A stretch of DNA of 41,980 nucleotides from Octopus sinensis. Its lineage: Eukaryota. The position numbers and the translations under genes were made by a program. The notes under the pieces were generated by a model. That model did not search any database. It saw only the letters and a program-made list of their open reading frames with translations, and was not told where the DNA came from. Of this stretch, positions 38,186 through 41,980 are shown piece after piece. The stretch lies in contig NW_021833193.1 in NCBI RefSeq assembly GCF_006345805.1, positions 1 to 41,980 of the forward strand, read 5' to 3'. How positions within the stretch are numbered: position 1 is the first letter of the stretch; each line of letters opens with the position of its first letter.

Positions 38186-38591
38186 TTTATTCTATTTTAC
38201 TCTTTTACTTGTTCCAGTCATTTGATTGTGGCCATGCTGGAGCACCGCCTTGAAGGGTTTTAGTTGAATAAATGCACCTCAGGACTTTTTTTAAAACGTA
38301 GTACTCATTCTATTGGTCTTTCGCTGAGCCGCTAAGTTACAAAGACACAAACACACCAGCGCCGGTTCTCGAACGTGATGGGGGAGACAAACACAGACAC
38401 AAAGATTGATAGATAGATATGTATGTATTTATACGACGGTCTTCTTTCAGTTTCCGTCTACAAAATTCACTCACAAATCATTGGTTGGCCCGAGGCTATA
38501 ATAGAAGCCACTCACCCAAAATGCCACGCAGTGGAACTGAACCCTGAACCGTGTGGTTGGTAAGCAAGTTTCTTACCACACAGCCATGCCT
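38186..38591 (-). mobile_element. Family B SINE, full length; further pieces at 38795-38945 and 39232-39391
   Basis: Homologous to 8959-9327. Confidence 0.85.
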
Positions 38592-38964
38592 TTCTTCACA
38601 ATTTTCAATATATTTTTGCTTTTATTTTGTTTGTGGTGTTCCTATGTTCATATCCTGCAGATCCTGACTTTATTTTTTATTCTTCAAAGAGGGCCGATGA
38701 AACAAAGTACAAGTCATTTATGGTGTTTGATAAAATCATTTGTTTCTTCTTAAAATTTTCGGTATTATTCCTATCTTTTATCGTATATTTTTTTATCCTT
38801 TAATTGTTTTAGTTTGTTCACAATGGCTGTGCTGAGGTACACAGCCGTAAAGGGTTTATTCAAACAAATCGACCCCAATACATTTTTTAAAGTCTGGTAC
38901 TATTCTATATTTTCTCTGAATCTCCAGGTTGTGAAGTGACAATGAGACACACACACACACACAC

Positions 38965-39024
<60 letters not shown>

Positions 39025-39431
39025 TACACACACTGTATTTATATATATCCTGTAAATAAAGATATTTATAAGCTTGAACGTAGGCTCAAAGACTTTTCCA
39101 TTCTACCCGAGCGTTAAACTAATACACGTGCTTGTCCCTTCATCTGTATTTACAGAATTGTCACTCGTCGCCGCTTCCCAATTTATGGTATATATGTATG
39201 CGCGCGTGTGTGTGTGTTTGTGTGTGTGTACAGACGACGGACCCCTTTCAGTTTTTGCCTATCAAATCCACTCAGTAATTTGGTCGGCCCGGGGCTGTAG
39301 TAGAAGTCACTTGCCAAAGATCTCGTACAGTGGAACTGAACTAAGAAACATGTAGTCGGAAAGCAAACTGCTTACTACACAACCAGCGCCTATGTAAGAT
39401 ATAATTATTTCTCTTGGTGTACGTTTTAAAC

Positions 39432-39725
39432 GGTGGAGGCGCAATGTCCCAGTGGTTAGGGTAGCGGATTCGTGGTCGTAGGATCGCGGTTTCGATTCCC
39501 AGACCGGGCGTTGTGAGTGTTTATTGAAAGCAAACACCTAAAGCTCTACGAGGCTCCTGCAGGTACTGGTGGCGAACCCTCCTGTACTCTTTCCCCACAA
39601 CTTCCTCTCACTTTTTCTTCCTGTTTCTGTTGTACCTGTATTTCGAAGGGCCAGCCTTGTCACATTCTGTGTCACGCTGAATCTCCCCGAGAACTACGTT
39701 AAGAGTAAACGTGTCCGTGGAGTCC
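39432..39725 (+). mobile_element. tRNA-derived SINE, family D
   Basis: The head ggtggaggcgc..cccagtggttaggg...GGTTTCGATTCCC is related to the family C head, but the body differs. Confidence 0.8.
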
Positions 39726-40324
39726 CAGAACGTTTTATACTCTAGCATTTTAGAATTAAGGTCTCGTGTTCTAATTGCTAAATGCGGACATTCTTAGCGA
39801 GACTAAAGACGAGAAAAGAAAAAGAAGTATATTCAAGACACTTCACCGTTGTAACATCGTGAGCTCACGAGGGAGCCGCAGTGGCTGACTTACTACACAC
39901 AGCAGCTGATTCTCCTTCAATTCAAATTTCTTTTTCTTAGGAAAAAAACAGGATGGTCGCGGTTGAAATACATTTAATCAAGAGTTCACTGCGTTAGGAC
40001 AAATATGGAGCTAAGAGCACCAACTTGTTACTTCTAAATTCTTTATGAAAATGACTCTGTTACATATGTATATGTTCTGTTAAACAGAGAGCAAGACCGA
40101 CATATAAAACGATAACAAGTTCTCCCCAGCTTAGTGTTGTCAACATAAGAAAAATCCTTTCCATTAAGTAATGTACGATTATGTGTTACACTTTGCTGAA
40201 CAGCTCAAGCTAACTTTAAGGTTATGCCTCTTCAACTTTTACATCTAGCTATGATTAATGTGAGAGTGCTCATTATTGAATCGAAGAATAGCGTAACCTA
40301 CGTTAAGCATAATATTGCTGAGGA

Positions 40325-40658
40325 GGAGGAGACCCCCTTCGGTCATGAATTACCATGTGATTGCACCTAGAAAGTTACCCTCCGAGGCACAAGTCAGGGC
40401 AAGATTGTTTGTAGAAGGCTAGCAGCCGCCCATTCATACCGGCCTCCCCTCTCCACACCTCTGATGTTATCCAAGGGAAAGGCAAAGGCCGATAGTGCTT
40501 GGCACCAGTGACGTTGCAACTCATTTCTACAGCTAAGTGGAACAACGTGAAATAAAGTGTCTTGCTCAAGAATACAACACAGCCCAGTCCGGGAATCGAA
40601 CTCACAATCTCACGATCGTAAGCTCTATGCTCTAACCACTGAGTCATGCGCCTTCACA
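40325..40658 (-). mobile_element. tRNA-derived SINE, family E
   Basis: Minus-strand head gtgaaggcgcatgactcagtggttagagc...GAGTTCGATTCCC, then tgtattcttgagcaagacacttta, shared with family C. Confidence 0.8.
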
Positions 40659-41609
40659 GGGCATAATATTAAGCGAACACTATTTGTGTGTACCTCTTAA
40701 AATTGTTTAGAGAGTTATAGCTGAAAGTACAGATTGTTGTATCCTTGAATGTGATATCATTTAGAAAAGGGTAATAAATTTGTTGGACAGGTTTTTGAAA
40801 ATGTATGCATGTATGTATGTATGTATGTATGTAAGGGCCATTTCATTATGGTGAACCGTTAATCCTTATTCATTTTTTCTCTCTTCTGCCGAAGAGCGTA
40901 GGTTCAGAGACATTTCCATTCTTCCTGAGGGTTAAACTAATACACCTGCTTGTTGTCTTTCATCTTTCTTCGACTTCTCGTTGCTCACACGTGACCAGCG
41001 GCTATCGTCCTTTCTTCCTCTTGCTTTACAAGAGATAAGACCTACTTTTGCCTGTCTCCTGTCATAGCTCCTTTCTCCAGCATTCACCACTTTACCTTGT
41101 TATAGCTTAACAGCCCTCACCGTTTCGTTTTACTATTTTGTTCTTACTGTCCTGTTTTTGTTACCACTTTAACCTTGTGCAAAATCCCAAATTTGTTTTC
41201 ATTTGCTTTGCAGGAACGACTGTTTTAACGAAGTCGCGTCTTGTCCCAACCTTCGAACGCGGAGTAGTTAAAACGGGAGACAACTGATTAAGGAATTGTT
41301 CTTTATGTTGCCTGTCTCGTTTATCTATTTATTTCTATCGTTGTTCGCAAAATGCTCGTTTTCCACATTTTGTTTGTTTATATTCCTGTTTTTCATTTTG
41401 TTCACTTTTTATTTTAGCGTTTTTCATTTTGCTCACGTTTTTATTTTTGAGGGGTATATATACATATGCATGTATATATACATATATATATGTAGGTATG
41501 TACATATATGAATGTATATATGCATATATTTATATTATTTATATTACATTATATTATATATATGCATACATACACACATGCATATTGTGTATGAATATTG
41601 TTTTATTGT

Positions 41610-41980
41610 TTTATTTGTTTCAGTCATTTGACTGCGGCCGTACTGGAGCACCGCCTTTAGTCGAGCAAATCTACCAAAGGACTTATTCTTTCCAAGCCTA
41701 GTACTTATTTTATCGATCCCTTTTGCCGAACCACTAAGTTACGGGAGTGTAAACACACCAGCATCGGTTGTGCAGCGAGGTTGTGGGAACAAACACAGAC
41801 ACACAAACATATGCATACACACACACACATACACATATATATATACACAGACACTACGGCTTTCTTTCAGTTACCGTCTACCAATTCCACTCACAAGGCT
41901 TTGGTTGGCCCTAAACTATAGTAGAAGACACTTGCCGAAGGTGTCACGCATTGGGACTGAACCCGGAACCATGTGATTGG
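41610..41980 (-). mobile_element. Family B SINE running off the window end
   Basis: Homologous to 8959-9327. Confidence 0.85.

Overview
Eukaryotic, AT-rich, microsatellite-saturated genomic DNA. The repeat families resemble those I recall from Octopus (coleoid cephalopod) assemblies; this is an inference, not a database result. Nearly all ORFs in the supplied track are microsatellite artefacts. Supported content: (1) an unidentified spliced protein-coding gene on the - strand, with phase-compatible exons at 8181-8436 and 7540/7545-7654, an optional last exon at 7265-7296, and a probable ATG exon at 14034-14179 below an ISRE-like promoter; (2) an orphan + strand exon at 26523-26634; (3) decayed mobile elements: a Tc1 transposase, a Penelope GIY-YIG remnant with several hammerhead-like motifs, a Tx1/L1 3' end, two R4/Dong-type 3' ends, four non-autonomous Helitrons and several tRNA-derived SINE families. 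The most notable structure is an intronic inverted copy of the 8181-8436 exon that would fold back over the exon and its splice donor, like an ADAR editing-complementary sequence. Second is a SINE that shares its 3' tail with the Tx1-like LINE and sits three times at the same position inside other copies of itself.
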